DNA from: Patescibacteria group bacterium
GTDB taxonomy: Bacteria; Patescibacteriota; Kazan-3B-28
Assembly: GCA_041649135.1 (NCBI GenBank)
Contig: JBAZNQ010000002.1
Coordinates: 41,238-105,237, forward strand
DNA: 64,000 nt
Direction of reading: 5' to 3'
The position numbers and the translations under genes are program-made. The notes under the pieces were generated by a model. The model was not told where the DNA came from. It ran no database searches and saw only the letters and a list, made by a program, of their open reading frames with translations. Below, one piece after another: positions 10,374 through 20,971 of this stretch (position 1 is the stretch's first letter; every line of letters begins with the position of its first letter).

Positions 10374-11006
10374 ATGGCACAAATCTTTCAGGGGGCAGAT
10401 AAACAGACCCAGTTTCAGGCTTTGGTGGATGATATCAAACACCACCACTGTTCTCTTCGAGACGGCTGCACTCAAGCTGTCCCCGGAGATGGCAACATCA
10501 ATAGTCAAGTCGTCTTTATTGGTGAAGGCCCCGGCAAAGTTGAAGACCAACTCGGGCGTCCCTTTGTTGGCCCAGCTGGTAAACTGCTCGAAGAAGGCTT
10601 GGAACAAATTGGTTTAAAGAGAGAAGATGTTTATATTACTAATGTAGTTAAGTGTCGTCCGCCCAATAATCGCGATCCTTTGCCCACCGAGGTTGAGGAA
10701 CACAAACCGTTTCTGGAACGTGAGCTTGCCCTCATTCAACCGAAACTCATTGTTCTCTTAGGCCGTCATGCCCTTCATTGGTTTTTGCCCTCCCTCTCTA
10801 TTTCTCAAGCTCATGGTAGCGCTAAACGTTCAGGTAATCGGGTGTTCTTCCCTATCTATCACCCAGCCGCTGCCCTCTATGACCCTCGTCTGCGCAATAC
10901 CTTTTTAACCGATATTAAAAAAATTCCTCTTATCTTACAAAAAATTGATGAGCTGGACGCTGAACCTTCAGTCTCCGTCCCCTCGTCTCAACCCACTATC
11001 TTTTAA
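10374..11006 (+). CDS. Uracil-DNA glycosylase, family 4
   Basis: Family 4 UDG motifs GEGPGKVEDQLGRPFVGPAGKLL, VYITNVVKCRPP and HPAAALY. Start chosen at the internal ATG (MAQIFQG) to avoid overlapping the upstream gene. Confidence 0.85.
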   Translation: MAQIFQGADKQTQFQALVDDIKHHHCSLRDGCTQAVPGDGNINSQVVFIGEGPGKVEDQLGRPFVGPAGKLLEEGLEQIGLKREDVYITNVVKCRPPNNRDPLPTEVEEHKPFLERELALIQPKLIVLLGRHALHWFLPSLSISQAHGSAKRSGNRVFFPIYHPAAALYDPRLRNTFLTDIKKIPLILQKIDELDAEPSVSVPSSQPTIF

Positions 11007-11014
11007 TCACGTTT

Positions 11015-12838
11015 ATGAAAAATTCTCGTTCTTCTTCGCGGGGTCAATCTCGCCCTCAACCCAACTCTCAATCCCACAACCCTCAAGCTACGAACCCAAG
11101 ACGACGTCCACCTTCACGGTCGTCTCGTCCACCGCAACCATCCCACCATTCTCCCAAGCCTCAAGATTTTGGTTCTAGTAAACCAACCAAGGTAGTCCGA
11201 GTTATTCCGTTGGGCGGAGTTGGCGACATGGGTAAAAATATGATCGCGATCGAGTACGGTAATGATATGGTTGTTCTCGATTGCGGGATGATGATGCCCG
11301 ACGAAACGATGCTTGGCATCGACTATGTGATCCCTGATCCTGCCTATCTCGAAAAGAACCGGAAAAAACTTCGGGGCATCTTCATCACTCACGGCCACGA
11401 GGATCACATCGGTGCCATTCAGCACATTGTACCCAAGCTTGGTGTGCCAGTTTATGCTCCCCGCCTCGCCGCCGCTCTGATCAAAGTGAATTTGGAAGAA
11501 TATTCCGATGCTCGCAATGTTCGGGTAATTACTTACAGTGCTGATGACAAGATCCGAGCCGGAGTCTTTACGGTTTCTTTTGTTCGGATCAACCACAGCA
11601 TCCCGGATGCCTTTTGTATCGTAGTAGATACTCCCGAGGGCAAAATTATGTACACCGGTGATTTTAAATTTGATCCGACTCCCCCCGACGGCATCAAGGT
11701 TGAGTATCACAAATTGGAAGCATTAGGACGGGAACGGCTATTATTGTTACTTTCCGAAAGCACCAATGCTCATACCCCCGGCCGTACCGATTCCGAACAA
11801 GTGATCGTTGATGCCTTCATGAAGATTTTTGCCGAAACCCGCGGTCGGCTGATCGTTGCTTCATTTGCCTCTCGGATTGACCGGATGCAACATGTCGTAG
11901 CCGCCGCTATTAAATATAAGAAGAAGGTCGCCATTGCTGGCCGCAGTATGATCAAATATTTTCAAGTTGCTTCCGACCTAGGCTACATTAAAACCCCCAA
12001 GGATCTGTTAGTGCCACTTCATGCTATTAAAAAAATCCCTGATAGCCAGTTGGTGATCTTGAGTACCGGCAGTCAGGGGCAGGAAGGTTCCGCGCTACAA
12101 CGGATGGCCTTTGGCGAACACAAACAAGTTAAGATTAAGGCCGGTGACACAGTTGTGTTATCCTCCTCGGCCATCCCCGGCAACGAGCGGTCGATCAATG
12201 CGGTGATCAACAATCTTTATCGCGCCGGCGCCAACGTGATTTTTGATAAAAAGATGCAGATCCATGTTACGGGTCACTGCTATCAGGAAGAAATGAAAGA
12301 AATGATCAAGCTTACCCGTCCGCGCTGGTTTATCCCAGTCCATGGTGACTACCATATGCTGATCGCCCACAAAGAGTTAGCCGAAGCTGTTGGTATCCCT
12401 ACTTCCAATATTATGGTGATCGAGGATGGTGATACAGTTGAGTTCCGCGGTGGCAAAGCAGTTCGAGGCAAGAAAGTTCCGGTTGGTGGGATCATGGTAG
12501 ACGGTCTCGGAGTTGGCGATGTTAAAGAAGTCGTTCTGCGTGATCGTCAGGCAATGGCCAAGGAAGGGATGATCGTTCTGATCGCCGTCGTTGATAAAAA
12601 GGGCAAACTGATTGGTAGCCCCGATATCATTTCCCGCGGGTTTGTGTATATGCGGGAAAAGGGTGACCTAATGGACAAAACTCGTCAGCAGGTCAAAAAG
12701 ATTTTTGCGCAACATGCAGGCAAGGTGCCGGACGATTGGTCTAATATCAAAACCAAGCTGCGTGAGCAGATTGGTGAGTTTCTTTTCCGTGAGATTGAAC
12801 GCCGACCATTGGTCCTACCGGTCGTCATCGAGGTCTAA
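11015..12838 (+). CDS. rnj: Ribonuclease J (MBL/beta-CASP RNase) with ~58-aa Ser/Arg/Pro-rich N-terminal extension
   Basis: HGHEDHIG motif, beta-CASP region, and conserved RNase J N-terminal block VIPLGGVGDMGKN. An upstream low-complexity extension precedes it. Confidence 0.9.
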   Translation: MKNSRSSSRGQSRPQPNSQSHNPQATNPRRRPPSRSSRPPQPSHHSPKPQDFGSSKPTKVVRVIPLGGVGDMGKNMIAIEYGNDMVVLDCGMMMPDETMLGIDYVIPDPAYLEKNRKKLRGIFITHGHEDHIGAIQHIVPKLGVPVYAPRLAAALIKVNLEEYSDARNVRVITYSADDKIRAGVFTVSFVRINHSIPDAFCIVVDTPEGKIMYTGDFKFDPTPPDGIKVEYHKLEALGRERLLLLLSESTNAHTPGRTDSEQVIVDAFMKIFAETRGRLIVASFASRIDRMQHVVAAAIKYKKKVAIAGRSMIKYFQVASDLGYIKTPKDLLVPLHAIKKIPDSQLVILSTGSQGQEGSALQRMAFGEHKQVKIKAGDTVVLSSSAIPGNERSINAVINNLYRAGANVIFDKKMQIHVTGHCYQEEMKEMIKLTRPRWFIPVHGDYHMLIAHKELAEAVGIPTSNIMVIEDGDTVEFRGGKAVRGKKVPVGGIMVDGLGVGDVKEVVLRDRQAMAKEGMIVLIAVVDKKGKLIGSPDIISRGFVYMREKGDLMDKTRQQVKKIFAQHAGKVPDDWSNIKTKLREQIGEFLFREIERRPLVLPVVIEV

Positions 12839-15090
12839 GCCGCTCCTCGCTTATCATCATCTCGTCGTAACCTTTTACGCTCACCCATTCTTTCTACGAT
12901 CTTTTTTTCTTGGGTAATCAATGCTTCACGGAGTGCGACCATCGCCTTGCTCAACCGTCTTCCTCCTTCAGTAGGACTTATGCCAAACCCTACTCCCTTT
13001 AAGTCCCAAGCCGCCCCACACAACAGCGGCCATAATTTCCCTGCGATCTCCCGATAGGCCTGTTGATGGTCTGGATCTTTAGGGTCTACAAACGCCCGCA
13101 AGATCTTGGCATCAACCTCTTCGAACAATGCATGACCTTGGACTCCCGTAACAAAGCCGGTGTCCCTATCTCTGGTAACTTCCTTATTAGCTATTGAAGC
13201 AGCGTAAGTGTCGGCGTATAGCCAATAACTATCTTGATCTTCGGCTTTGCTTTTGTCGCTCGGTACCACCACCCCCACCATCAGCAAAGGTAGGCTGTCT
13301 AGCTCTCGTTGTAGCTGCTGTTTCTGTTCAGCCGCTACAAAGTCGAGTGGTTTTTTGACTGCCTTACTCTCTTGTAGAGCAGCTGCCAGTAGCTTATGAG
13401 GGTTCAGTAAGTCTGGATGAATTCTCCCTCTTGTGCTCATTATGGTTGTGCCATAAGCTTCCAACAGTTTGCTTAGCTGGCTTGTACCTATGCCGCCTTT
13501 TTTATCCAGAATTTCTCCTATTCTAAACGACGGCTTTGATAAAGCACTAGTTGCCGCAAAAACTTTTTGGTTGGTCCAGTTTATTGCCGCCAACCAAGCT
13601 TTTCTCCAACCACTCTGTTTGGCCAGCAAGTCCAGCTGCTCGTGGATGTACCTTTCGTATCTAGCTCGGTTTTCTTTTTCCTCTGGGTCTGTTTCCGCAT
13701 GAATGATTATTCTTTCCGAGTCTTGGTATGCCGCGTCAATTACCTCTCGAGTTCTATGAGCATCTAAGGACAGTTCCAGCACTCGCTTTTTTGTCTCCAA
13801 GTACAACGGTGAATTAACAAGTTCACCATATTTGAAATCCAAGATACTATCATCTGATAATGGGTTTCTTATTACCCCTTTCCCCTTGTTAACAAAAATG
13901 GTCTCATCCGCTGACTTCAACGTCTCGAGCAACTGATAATGTTTTTTCAGTTTAGCTCGGGTAAGTTTGTATAAATCATTGGTTGATAACCGGGGATGGT
14001 CAGTCTTAATTTTTGTCGCCTCGTCTTTGATGATTTCTTCTAATACTTCAGCCGAGGAGGCATCATCTAAATTGATATTATGAACTTCAGCAAACTTTTG
14101 AAGATTACGTAAGTGTGCCTCGTCAACTAGACGTCTATTTTCATTCTGGGCCTCACCCAACTTATCTCGTTCTAGTTTGACAATTTCCATCAACTCTTCA
14201 ATTGTAGAGATCTTGTCTAGGTCGATATCGTGAGTTTTGGCAAAATCACGTAACTTTTCCTCCTCCTTATACAATGTAAGTATATTTTCCTTGTACGTAG
14301 GGCTTGCATCTTTATCTTGGCTAAGATGTTCTAACCCCAGTAACTCCTCACTGATTTTCTTCAACCGCAATCGCCCCGTTTTCAGTTGCTCATGTAAACT
14401 CTTAGTCTCGGGGCTCTCTTTCAATCTTCCGATCATTATCTGATACCCGACTACTACACCATTTTCACCTTCTGACACAAAGGCTTGCCCCACCTCTTTG
14501 AGTTTGCCTAACCGCCTCTCAACCGGCTCTTGATTAATACCAGGATATCTAGGGTTCCTATCGGGATTTTCGGCATCCTCTTCGCCAACCAAAGCTTCTG
14601 CGAGCAAATCGTCAGCCGATTTTTGCCATGCTTCCTCATACTTTTTTCGCAACCAATGCGGAGAACCGTCGGGTATAGGATAACGTGCCTGTTGAGCCGC
14701 GTAAGCCAGTTGGTACAGCTCGGTTTCCCGAATTTTAGTTGAGGCCAACAGCTTTTCGTGCCCCTTCCTGTCGCTAGCCAATTTTTTCAAGAGAATTGAT
14801 GTTCTTTTTCGTTCAGCTCTCTCTTTGGTGACCTCCTCTTTTCTATTCAGCTTTCTGGAGACTCCCTCGTCGACCCAACCACGTAATGTAGCAGGAACTG
14901 CTACGTCCTCTCGCGCATAGTCTATAAATCTCCGCGCATGTTTTTTAAGCTCCTCCAACCCTCCCTTCTTTGTAGTAGGTTGGTTGTTTGCATCTAGCCC
15001 GTCCGATGATGTCTCTGGTTGGTCACTGCCTGCTGAAGTGTCTGACCCATCGTCTGGAGATGGAGGGTTATTTTCTAAATTAGTCATCAT
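12835..15090 (-). CDS. Large hypothetical protein (751 aa): acidic disordered N-terminus, extensive predicted coiled coil
   Basis: Long uninterrupted ORF with a Ser/Asp-rich N-terminus and many heptad-like Lys/Glu-rich stretches. No recognisable catalytic motif, TM segment or signal peptide. Confidence 0.6.
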   Translation of the reverse strand: MMTNLENNPPSPDDGSDTSAGSDQPETSSDGLDANNQPTTKKGGLEELKKHARRFIDYAREDVAVPATLRGWVDEGVSRKLNRKEEVTKERAERKRTSILLKKLASDRKGHEKLLASTKIRETELYQLAYAAQQARYPIPDGSPHWLRKKYEEAWQKSADDLLAEALVGEEDAENPDRNPRYPGINQEPVERRLGKLKEVGQAFVSEGENGVVVGYQIMIGRLKESPETKSLHEQLKTGRLRLKKISEELLGLEHLSQDKDASPTYKENILTLYKEEEKLRDFAKTHDIDLDKISTIEELMEIVKLERDKLGEAQNENRRLVDEAHLRNLQKFAEVHNINLDDASSAEVLEEIIKDEATKIKTDHPRLSTNDLYKLTRAKLKKHYQLLETLKSADETIFVNKGKGVIRNPLSDDSILDFKYGELVNSPLYLETKKRVLELSLDAHRTREVIDAAYQDSERIIIHAETDPEEKENRARYERYIHEQLDLLAKQSGWRKAWLAAINWTNQKVFAATSALSKPSFRIGEILDKKGGIGTSQLSKLLEAYGTTIMSTRGRIHPDLLNPHKLLAAALQESKAVKKPLDFVAAEQKQQLQRELDSLPLLMVGVVVPSDKSKAEDQDSYWLYADTYAASIANKEVTRDRDTGFVTGVQGHALFEEVDAKILRAFVDPKDPDHQQAYREIAGKLWPLLCGAAWDLKGVGFGISPTEGGRRLSKAMVALREALITQEKKIVERMGERKRLRRDDDKRGAA

Positions 15091-15225
15091 TTTATTCTAA
15101 CATAATTCATTTGTTTTGTCAAATATCATTTTAGCAAAAGAAAAACAGCGTGTGCGGGGTTGAACCGCTGTGACCACAAATTGGTCACATCACGCTGTTG
15201 TGCTGGTGTGGCATGTGTAGGAAGG

Positions 15226-15687
15226 TTAGTAACAGGTATCGATAGGGGCCGAGATGAGATTGACGAGATCGCAATTGGTAATCTCGCCGTATTTTCCGAT
15301 CTTCAGCCTGCTCATCGCAGCTCTCGCACTCACGCTAATTCGTTCTTCCCTCTTCCATGGGTTGAGCGACTGTGCTCTTACAGAGCGGCAGCTTTGCGAA
15401 GGCACGAAGGCTACAAAAATTAGCCTTCCACTACGCCACTCCATTGTTGGGGCTGGTACTTTAGCCCCTTTTGGCACCAAGTCCCACCGCTGGTAAATGT
15501 TGTTGAAATTAACCTCAACAACATCCCCCCGCGCGATGGCGACGTTGATCACTCGATTATTGATCACTACGGCAGACTCAACTGCCTGCCCGACCGAGGC
15601 CGCAGCTTTCTGGTGTGGCGAGATTACCATAAACCAGCTGACCACAATGATGGCGACAAGCGCCACCCAAATATACCATCTTTTCAT
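15226..15687 (-). CDS. Hypothetical membrane-anchored protein (possible SAF/CpaB-like domain)
   Basis: N-terminal TM helix MKRWYIWVALVAIIVVSWFMVI, followed by a beta-rich segment VVINNRVINVAIARGDVVEVNF. The domain assignment is weak. Confidence 0.35.
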   Translation of the reverse strand: MKRWYIWVALVAIIVVSWFMVISPHQKAAASVGQAVESAVVINNRVINVAIARGDVVEVNFNNIYQRWDLVPKGAKVPAPTMEWRSGRLIFVAFVPSQSCRSVRAQSLNPWKREERISVSARAAMSRLKIGKYGEITNCDLVNLISAPIDTCY

Positions 15688-15905
15688 CGGTTGCCTCCCG
15701 ACAACTCACGGGTGCATTTGAAATGCTCCCGTGGGAATTATTCTACGTTTTTCAGGTTCACCGAGGTAGTCCCCCAGCTCCCCAAGATATTCCGAAAGTA
15801 CTTCTAATTTGCTGTAATGTCAATGATTTTCTCAATCCCAGAGCCACTTTTTAGCTAGTTATAGGAGGCCAACTCCTATGCTATAATTACTTCGTAAAGA
15901 TATCT

Positions 15906-18116
15906 ATGGCAAGACGGAGACGCAAAACTGGGCGGAGATATAAATATCGCTCCTATAAAAACTCTAATTTTTTCAAAGATTGGAATTTTGATTTAGAGCT
16001 CGATCCCGAGGTTACGCGGGAGATTTTAGCGATCGTTCTGGCCGGTTTAGGTCTTTTTACCCTCTTGGCGATCTTGGGCCTGGCGGGCAATCTCGGGCAC
16101 ATTTTTTATACTGGCTTGCGGCTGACTTTCGGCTGGACAAGCTTCGTCTTCCCTATTCTGTTGATCATCTCGGGCATCGGATTATTTTTCCCTGCCCAGT
16201 TTAAATTTAAACTCGCCAATGTTATCGGCCTGATCCTGTTTGTTGTCTCATTGTCCGCCCTGATGCACGTTTTCACTGGTTCAGAAATGGGTATGGAGCT
16301 TGCTCAAACTGGCGGCGCTGGTGGCTACCTCGGGTTCTTCATCAGCCGCTTTTTAATTAGTGTCATCGACTTCTGGGCATCTTTCCTCATTATCGTGGTT
16401 GCCTTTGCCGTCTCGATCCTTTTTGCTTTTGGTCTACCACTTAGAGACTTATATCTAAAAACCAAGTTTTCGCTCCCCGCTCTGCCCACCCTGCCGGATA
16501 TTAGAATTAACGACAACCTACCCAAGGGTAAGGCTGGCAAAATCGTGGACGACGATGACGAGGACGAGCCGACCAAAGGTCCACCCAAAACCGTTGTTAA
16601 CGGAGTGCGGGGCAAGGACACTGACTTTGTTCCCCGCTTCATTCCCAGTAGCGATTGGACGCCACCATCACTTGATTTGTTAAGCGACGTCAGCACCAAA
16701 GTTGATAGCGGTAATATTACCAATAATGTTTCCATTATTCGTAGTACCCTCGAAGACTTTGGTATCCCTGTTGAGATGCACGAAGTGAACGTTGGCCCGA
16801 CCGTTACCCAATACACCCTCAAACCAGCTGCTGGGATCAAGCTCTCTCGGATCTCTAATCTTTCCAACGACTTGGCTCTGGCTCTTGCCGCCCATCCTAT
16901 TCGAATTGAAGCTCCCATCCCCGGCCGGTCCTTAGTCGGTGTCGAGGTGCCTAACAAAAAGACGGCCATTGTCCGTCTGCGAGAAGTCATGGAGTCAGAG
17001 GAATTTCACAACACTAAATCCCCCCTTCGTTTGCCGTTGGGTCGGGATGTTGCTGGTGCGCCAATGGCAACCGATTTGCTACGTATGCCTCATTTACTCA
17101 TTGCCGGTGCTACTGGCGCGGGCAAAAGCGTTTTCTTAAATGATATCTTGATCAGTTTGTTGTATCAGAATTCACCAGCTGATCTTCGGCTGATCCTAGT
17201 TGATCCAAAACGAGTAGAGTTTACTAATTACAACGATATTCCCCACCTACTTTCGCCAGTCATCGTTGATCCCCACAAGACCATCAATGCGCTCAAATGG
17301 CTAGTCGCCGAAATGGAGCGCCGCTATCGGATATTGTCAGAAGTCAAAGTGCGTGAAATTGTCAGTTTTAATAAACAGGCTGGTGAAGAAAGTAAGCTGC
17401 CATACATCGTTTTGGTCATTGATGAGTTGGCCGATCTAATGGCCGTCTCGGCTCGTGATGTGGAAGCTTACATTTGTCGCTTGGCACAAATGTCGCGAGC
17501 AGTTGGTATCCATTTGGTCTTAGCCACCCAACGGCCTTCGGTTGATGTTATTACCGGTTTGATTAAAGCCAACTTCCCTTCTCGGATTGCCTTTGCCGTT
17601 ACTAGCGGGACTGACTCACGAACGATTTTGGATACCGTGGGTGCCGACAAACTACTGGGTAATGGAGACATGTTGTTTATGCCTTCCGATGCCGCCAAGC
17701 CAAAACGTATTCAGGCCTGCTTCATTGGTGATAAGGAAATCAAAGGGGTTACGGAAGCGCTTAAAAATATTGATACGCCACAATACATTCCCGAAGTTCT
17801 TCAAGACGCCAAACGAGGTGCCGGTGCTTTTGGTGGTGATGACAACGATGACGATTCATTAACCACCGAAGCTATGGAGCTAGTCGTTAAAACTGGCAAA
17901 GCGTCGGCTTCTTATCTTCAGCGTCGCTTCCGCGTGGGCTACGCTCGAGCTGCTCGGTTGTTAGATATTCTTGAAGAAAAAGGCGTTATTGGCCCCGGCG
18001 AAGGTGCGAAACCTCGTGAGATCCTGATGAAGCGGGAAGACTTAGCCACTCTGACCGGTGTTACTGATGTTGATGAAGATAGTGGAGAAAAGTTCACTGA
18101 AGGCGATGACTACTAA
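15906..18116 (+). CDS. ftsK: DNA translocase FtsK/SpoIIIE
   Basis: N-terminal TM segments and an acidic linker. Motor domain has Walker A GATGAGKSVFLNDIL and Walker B VLVIDELADLM. C-terminal winged-helix gamma domain (YLQRRFRVGYARAARLLDILEEKGVIG). Confidence 0.95.
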   Translation: MARRRRKTGRRYKYRSYKNSNFFKDWNFDLELDPEVTREILAIVLAGLGLFTLLAILGLAGNLGHIFYTGLRLTFGWTSFVFPILLIISGIGLFFPAQFKFKLANVIGLILFVVSLSALMHVFTGSEMGMELAQTGGAGGYLGFFISRFLISVIDFWASFLIIVVAFAVSILFAFGLPLRDLYLKTKFSLPALPTLPDIRINDNLPKGKAGKIVDDDDEDEPTKGPPKTVVNGVRGKDTDFVPRFIPSSDWTPPSLDLLSDVSTKVDSGNITNNVSIIRSTLEDFGIPVEMHEVNVGPTVTQYTLKPAAGIKLSRISNLSNDLALALAAHPIRIEAPIPGRSLVGVEVPNKKTAIVRLREVMESEEFHNTKSPLRLPLGRDVAGAPMATDLLRMPHLLIAGATGAGKSVFLNDILISLLYQNSPADLRLILVDPKRVEFTNYNDIPHLLSPVIVDPHKTINALKWLVAEMERRYRILSEVKVREIVSFNKQAGEESKLPYIVLVIDELADLMAVSARDVEAYICRLAQMSRAVGIHLVLATQRPSVDVITGLIKANFPSRIAFAVTSGTDSRTILDTVGADKLLGNGDMLFMPSDAAKPKRIQACFIGDKEIKGVTEALKNIDTPQYIPEVLQDAKRGAGAFGGDDNDDDSLTTEAMELVVKTGKASASYLQRRFRVGYARAARLLDILEEKGVIGPGEGAKPREILMKREDLATLTGVTDVDEDSGEKFTEGDDY

Positions 18117-18184
18117 AAAGTCAAAAGTTAATAGTGGAGAGTGAAACACGAACTGCCCGTTACCTAAATTCTTAATTTTTAATT

Positions 18185-18673
18185 ATGGCCGATCATTCTT
18201 TTGATATTGTTTCCGAGATCGATAATCAGGAGTTGGTGAACGCGCTGGATCAGACTCGCAAAGAGCTAGCCGTCCGCTACGATTTCAAAGACACACCGGT
18301 CGAGATCAAACATGAAGCCAGCCAACTAATTATTACCACCGCCGATGAGTATAAATTAAAAGCGGTTCGGGATATTCTTGATGGCAAGTTATTGCGTCGG
18401 GGTTTGAGTTTAAAAATTTTGGGTGAATCTAAAAATGAACCGGCCACCTTGGGGCAGATTCGATCTACTATCCCCCTTGTTGCCGGTGTCTCGTCAGAAA
18501 AAGCTAAAGTCATCAATAAACTAGTTCGAGATTCTTATCCTAAAGTTAAAACCACTATTCAGGGCGACACCATTCGGGTTGTTAGTCCCAGTCTTGATAC
18601 CCTACAAGCCGTCATGGACCTGCTGAAAAACGCCGCTCTTGATCTTCCCCTTCAATTTACTAATTATCGTTAA
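18185..18673 (+). CDS. yajQ: YajQ-family (UPF0234) nucleotide-binding protein
   Basis: MADHSFDIVSEIDNQELVNALDQTRKELAVRYDFKD matches the YajQ N-terminal consensus; length 162 aa. Confidence 0.9.
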   Translation: MADHSFDIVSEIDNQELVNALDQTRKELAVRYDFKDTPVEIKHEASQLIITTADEYKLKAVRDILDGKLLRRGLSLKILGESKNEPATLGQIRSTIPLVAGVSSEKAKVINKLVRDSYPKVKTTIQGDTIRVVSPSLDTLQAVMDLLKNAALDLPLQFTNYR

Positions 18674-18692
18674 TTAAATAAAGGACATCACT

Positions 18693-19694
18693 ATGAACAA
18701 GACTCCAATTTCTGCTCCCGTCAACTCACTCGATATCGCCCTCCAAGCTATTCACAAAGACTTCGGCGAAGGTTCGATCATGCGATTGGGTGACACCAAA
18801 CAATTAGATGTTGAAGTTACCCCAACGGGCTCCCTTGGGCTTGATATTGCTCTTGGGGTCGGCGGTGTGCCTAAGGGTCGGGTTATCGAAATTTTTGGCC
18901 CCGAATCTTCAGGCAAAACCACTTTGGCTCTCAATATTGTTGCTCAAGCTCAAAGGAATGGTGAAGTGGCTGCCTTTGTTGATGCTGAACATGCTCTCGA
19001 CCCAGAATATGCTAAGCGGATCGGTGTGGACACCAAAGAACTCTTGATCTCTCAACCTGATACCGGCGAGCAAGCTCTGGGGATCGTGGAAGCGCTTATT
19101 CGTTCCAACGCAGTCGGGATTATCGTCGTCGATTCAGTCGCCGCACTCACCCCCAAGGCCGAGATCGAAGGCGACATGGGTGATTCTCATATGGGGTTGC
19201 AGGCTCGATTGATGAGTCAGGCACTCCGCAAGATTACTGCCGTCGCTTCACACTCAAAAACAACTATCGTTTTCATCAATCAGATCCGCATGAAGATTGG
19301 GGTGATGTTCGGCAACCCCGAAACTACTACTGGCGGCAACGCTCTCAAGTTTTATTCTTCTATTCGAATGGATATCCGTCGAGTCGAAACGCTCAAAGAT
19401 GGCGATAGTCCGATCGGCAACCATGTTCGGGTTAAGGTAGTCAAAAATAAGGTCGCTTCCCCATTCCGTCAGGCCGAATTCGACATTATGTTCAACGAAG
19501 GTATCTCCAAAGCGGGCGAGATCATTGATCTCGGTGTTCAAGCTGACCTGATCAATAAAGCCGGAGCTTGGTACGAATACAACGGCGAAAAGATCGGGCA
19601 AGGGCGTGAAGCTGCTAAACAATATTTGATCGACAACCCCAAAGTTGCCAAAGAGTTGGAGTCTGCCATTCGCAAACTCCATCACGTCAAATAG
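18693..19694 (+). CDS. recA: Recombinase RecA
   Basis: Walker [14 protein letters not shown]1/L2 loops and conserved [28 protein letters not shown]. Confidence 0.98.
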   Translation: MNKTPISAPVNSLDIALQAIHKDFGEGSIMRLGDTKQLDVEVTPTGSLGLDIALGVGGVPKGRVIEIFGPESSGKTTLALNIVAQAQRNGEVAAFVDAEHALDPEYAKRIGVDTKELLISQPDTGEQALGIVEALIRSNAVGIIVVDSVAALTPKAEIEGDMGDSHMGLQARLMSQALRKITAVASHSKTTIVFINQIRMKIGVMFGNPETTTGGNALKFYSSIRMDIRRVETLKDGDSPIGNHVRVKVVKNKVASPFRQAEFDIMFNEGISKAGEIIDLGVQADLINKAGAWYEYNGEKIGQGREAAKQYLIDNPKVAKELESAIRKLHHVK

Positions 19695-19706
19695 GGCGGA
19701 TACCAA

Positions 19707-20648
19707 TTAAACGACTTGTACTGGTGTCCCGTTGGGGGCCCAGTTATAAATGACACCAGATTCTCGGATGCCCCATCTCACGCAACCATGGGAAACGGCT
19801 CTACCTAGATGGGAGTAACCTTCATACAGCCGGCCTTGAGTATATAACCGACCGCCAGGATAAATCTCGCCTTCGGTGTATTTACTAGAACTTACCTTCC
19901 AGTACGGTAGTGAATGCATGCCATATCCGACAAAACCAGTTCGTTCATTGCTTAATCCCATCCAATTAGGCATCCACAAGGCATACTTACTCGAATAAGC
20001 ATTAGCGATGTGGTTATAGATGGTGTATTTACCAGCTGGCGTAGTATATCCTGCCCGACCAGATGAAATCGGCAAAGTCGCCACAATATAACCGTGTTCG
20101 ATCAGCTCCCCTTGTTGGGCGTTACGGTAGATCCGGATCTCTTTATCAACCGTACTCTGAATTTCCACTCCGTCTCCTACCTGTATCTGAATGACAATTG
20201 GATCACCGGGTAACCAGTAATTATTGATCACTGGCTGGAGATACTCTCGGTACCAACCAGCTCTTGCCGGAGCTTTGATCGTAAAATTAAAGGTTGCTAC
20301 ATTTCCAGCTCCCACCCAAGTCGTTGTATCTCGCAACCCGATCCGAGTCTCTGACAGCCACTGGCTGGTGGACCAAGCGCTCGGCCGGTCCTTCTCACCA
20401 GTCGAAAAGATCGTCCCAAGCTGAATTTGGGTATTGTCCCAACCGATCTCACTGACATTTTTGATTGGCACGATTACCGACACGATCGCGCCGGGTTGGG
20501 TCACCACATCGATTTTTTGGCTGGCCAAAATGTAATCAACTGTGTATTCCGCTTGGGCTGATGCGCTGTAAATATTCCAAAAACCCATTACCGCAACGAC
20601 GGCAATTCCTGCCCCCCTTGCAAGCTGGATCCACAACTGATTCCGCAT
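19707..20648 (-). CDS. L,D-transpeptidase (YkuD domain) with signal peptide
   Basis: C-terminal catalytic motif GRAVSHGCVRW (His/Cys dyad) and an N-terminal signal/TM segment. Confidence 0.8.
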   Translation of the reverse strand: MRNQLWIQLARGAGIAVVAVMGFWNIYSASAQAEYTVDYILASQKIDVVTQPGAIVSVIVPIKNVSEIGWDNTQIQLGTIFSTGEKDRPSAWSTSQWLSETRIGLRDTTTWVGAGNVATFNFTIKAPARAGWYREYLQPVINNYWLPGDPIVIQIQVGDGVEIQSTVDKEIRIYRNAQQGELIEHGYIVATLPISSGRAGYTTPAGKYTIYNHIANAYSSKYALWMPNWMGLSNERTGFVGYGMHSLPYWKVSSSKYTEGEIYPGGRLYTQGRLYEGYSHLGRAVSHGCVRWGIRESGVIYNWAPNGTPVQVV

Positions 20649-20736
20649 TAATTTTTAATTTTGGTTTTGAATATTAAATTAGTATAACAAAAAAACCGCT
20701 TCCAGTCAAGGGTTTAGCTCATTTTCTAGCGGATGA

Positions 20737-20964
20737 TCAGCTAAATAGGAACGGTAGATAGGCTTGAATACTGCTGTTGTCGGCCAAACTTTGCCAAATA
20801 ATGCTACCGATTAACCCCACTAACGATAGCGCCACCAGCCAAAGCATCCAATGTGGTGTCGTTTCCAGCTCTTCCGGCATATCAATAATTGCCAACCGCT
20901 TTTTCGCGTTTGCCTGTGTCAGGATTTGTCGGAGTCTTGATTTTACATTTTTCTTTTCCGCCAC
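20737..20964 (-). CDS. Small membrane protein (hypothetical)
   Basis: 75 aa with one clear TM helix (HWMLWLVALSLVGLIGSIIW). Confidence 0.3.
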   Translation of the reverse strand: MAEKKNVKSRLRQILTQANAKKRLAIIDMPEELETTPHWMLWLVALSLVGLIGSIIWQSLADNSSIQAYLPFLFS

Positions 20965-20971
20965 GACTTGA

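Noticed and set aside
16325-16990. 221-aa antisense ORF inside ftsK
   Set aside because: Lies within the conserved FtsK linker/motor region on the opposite strand; Ser/Arg-rich artefact.
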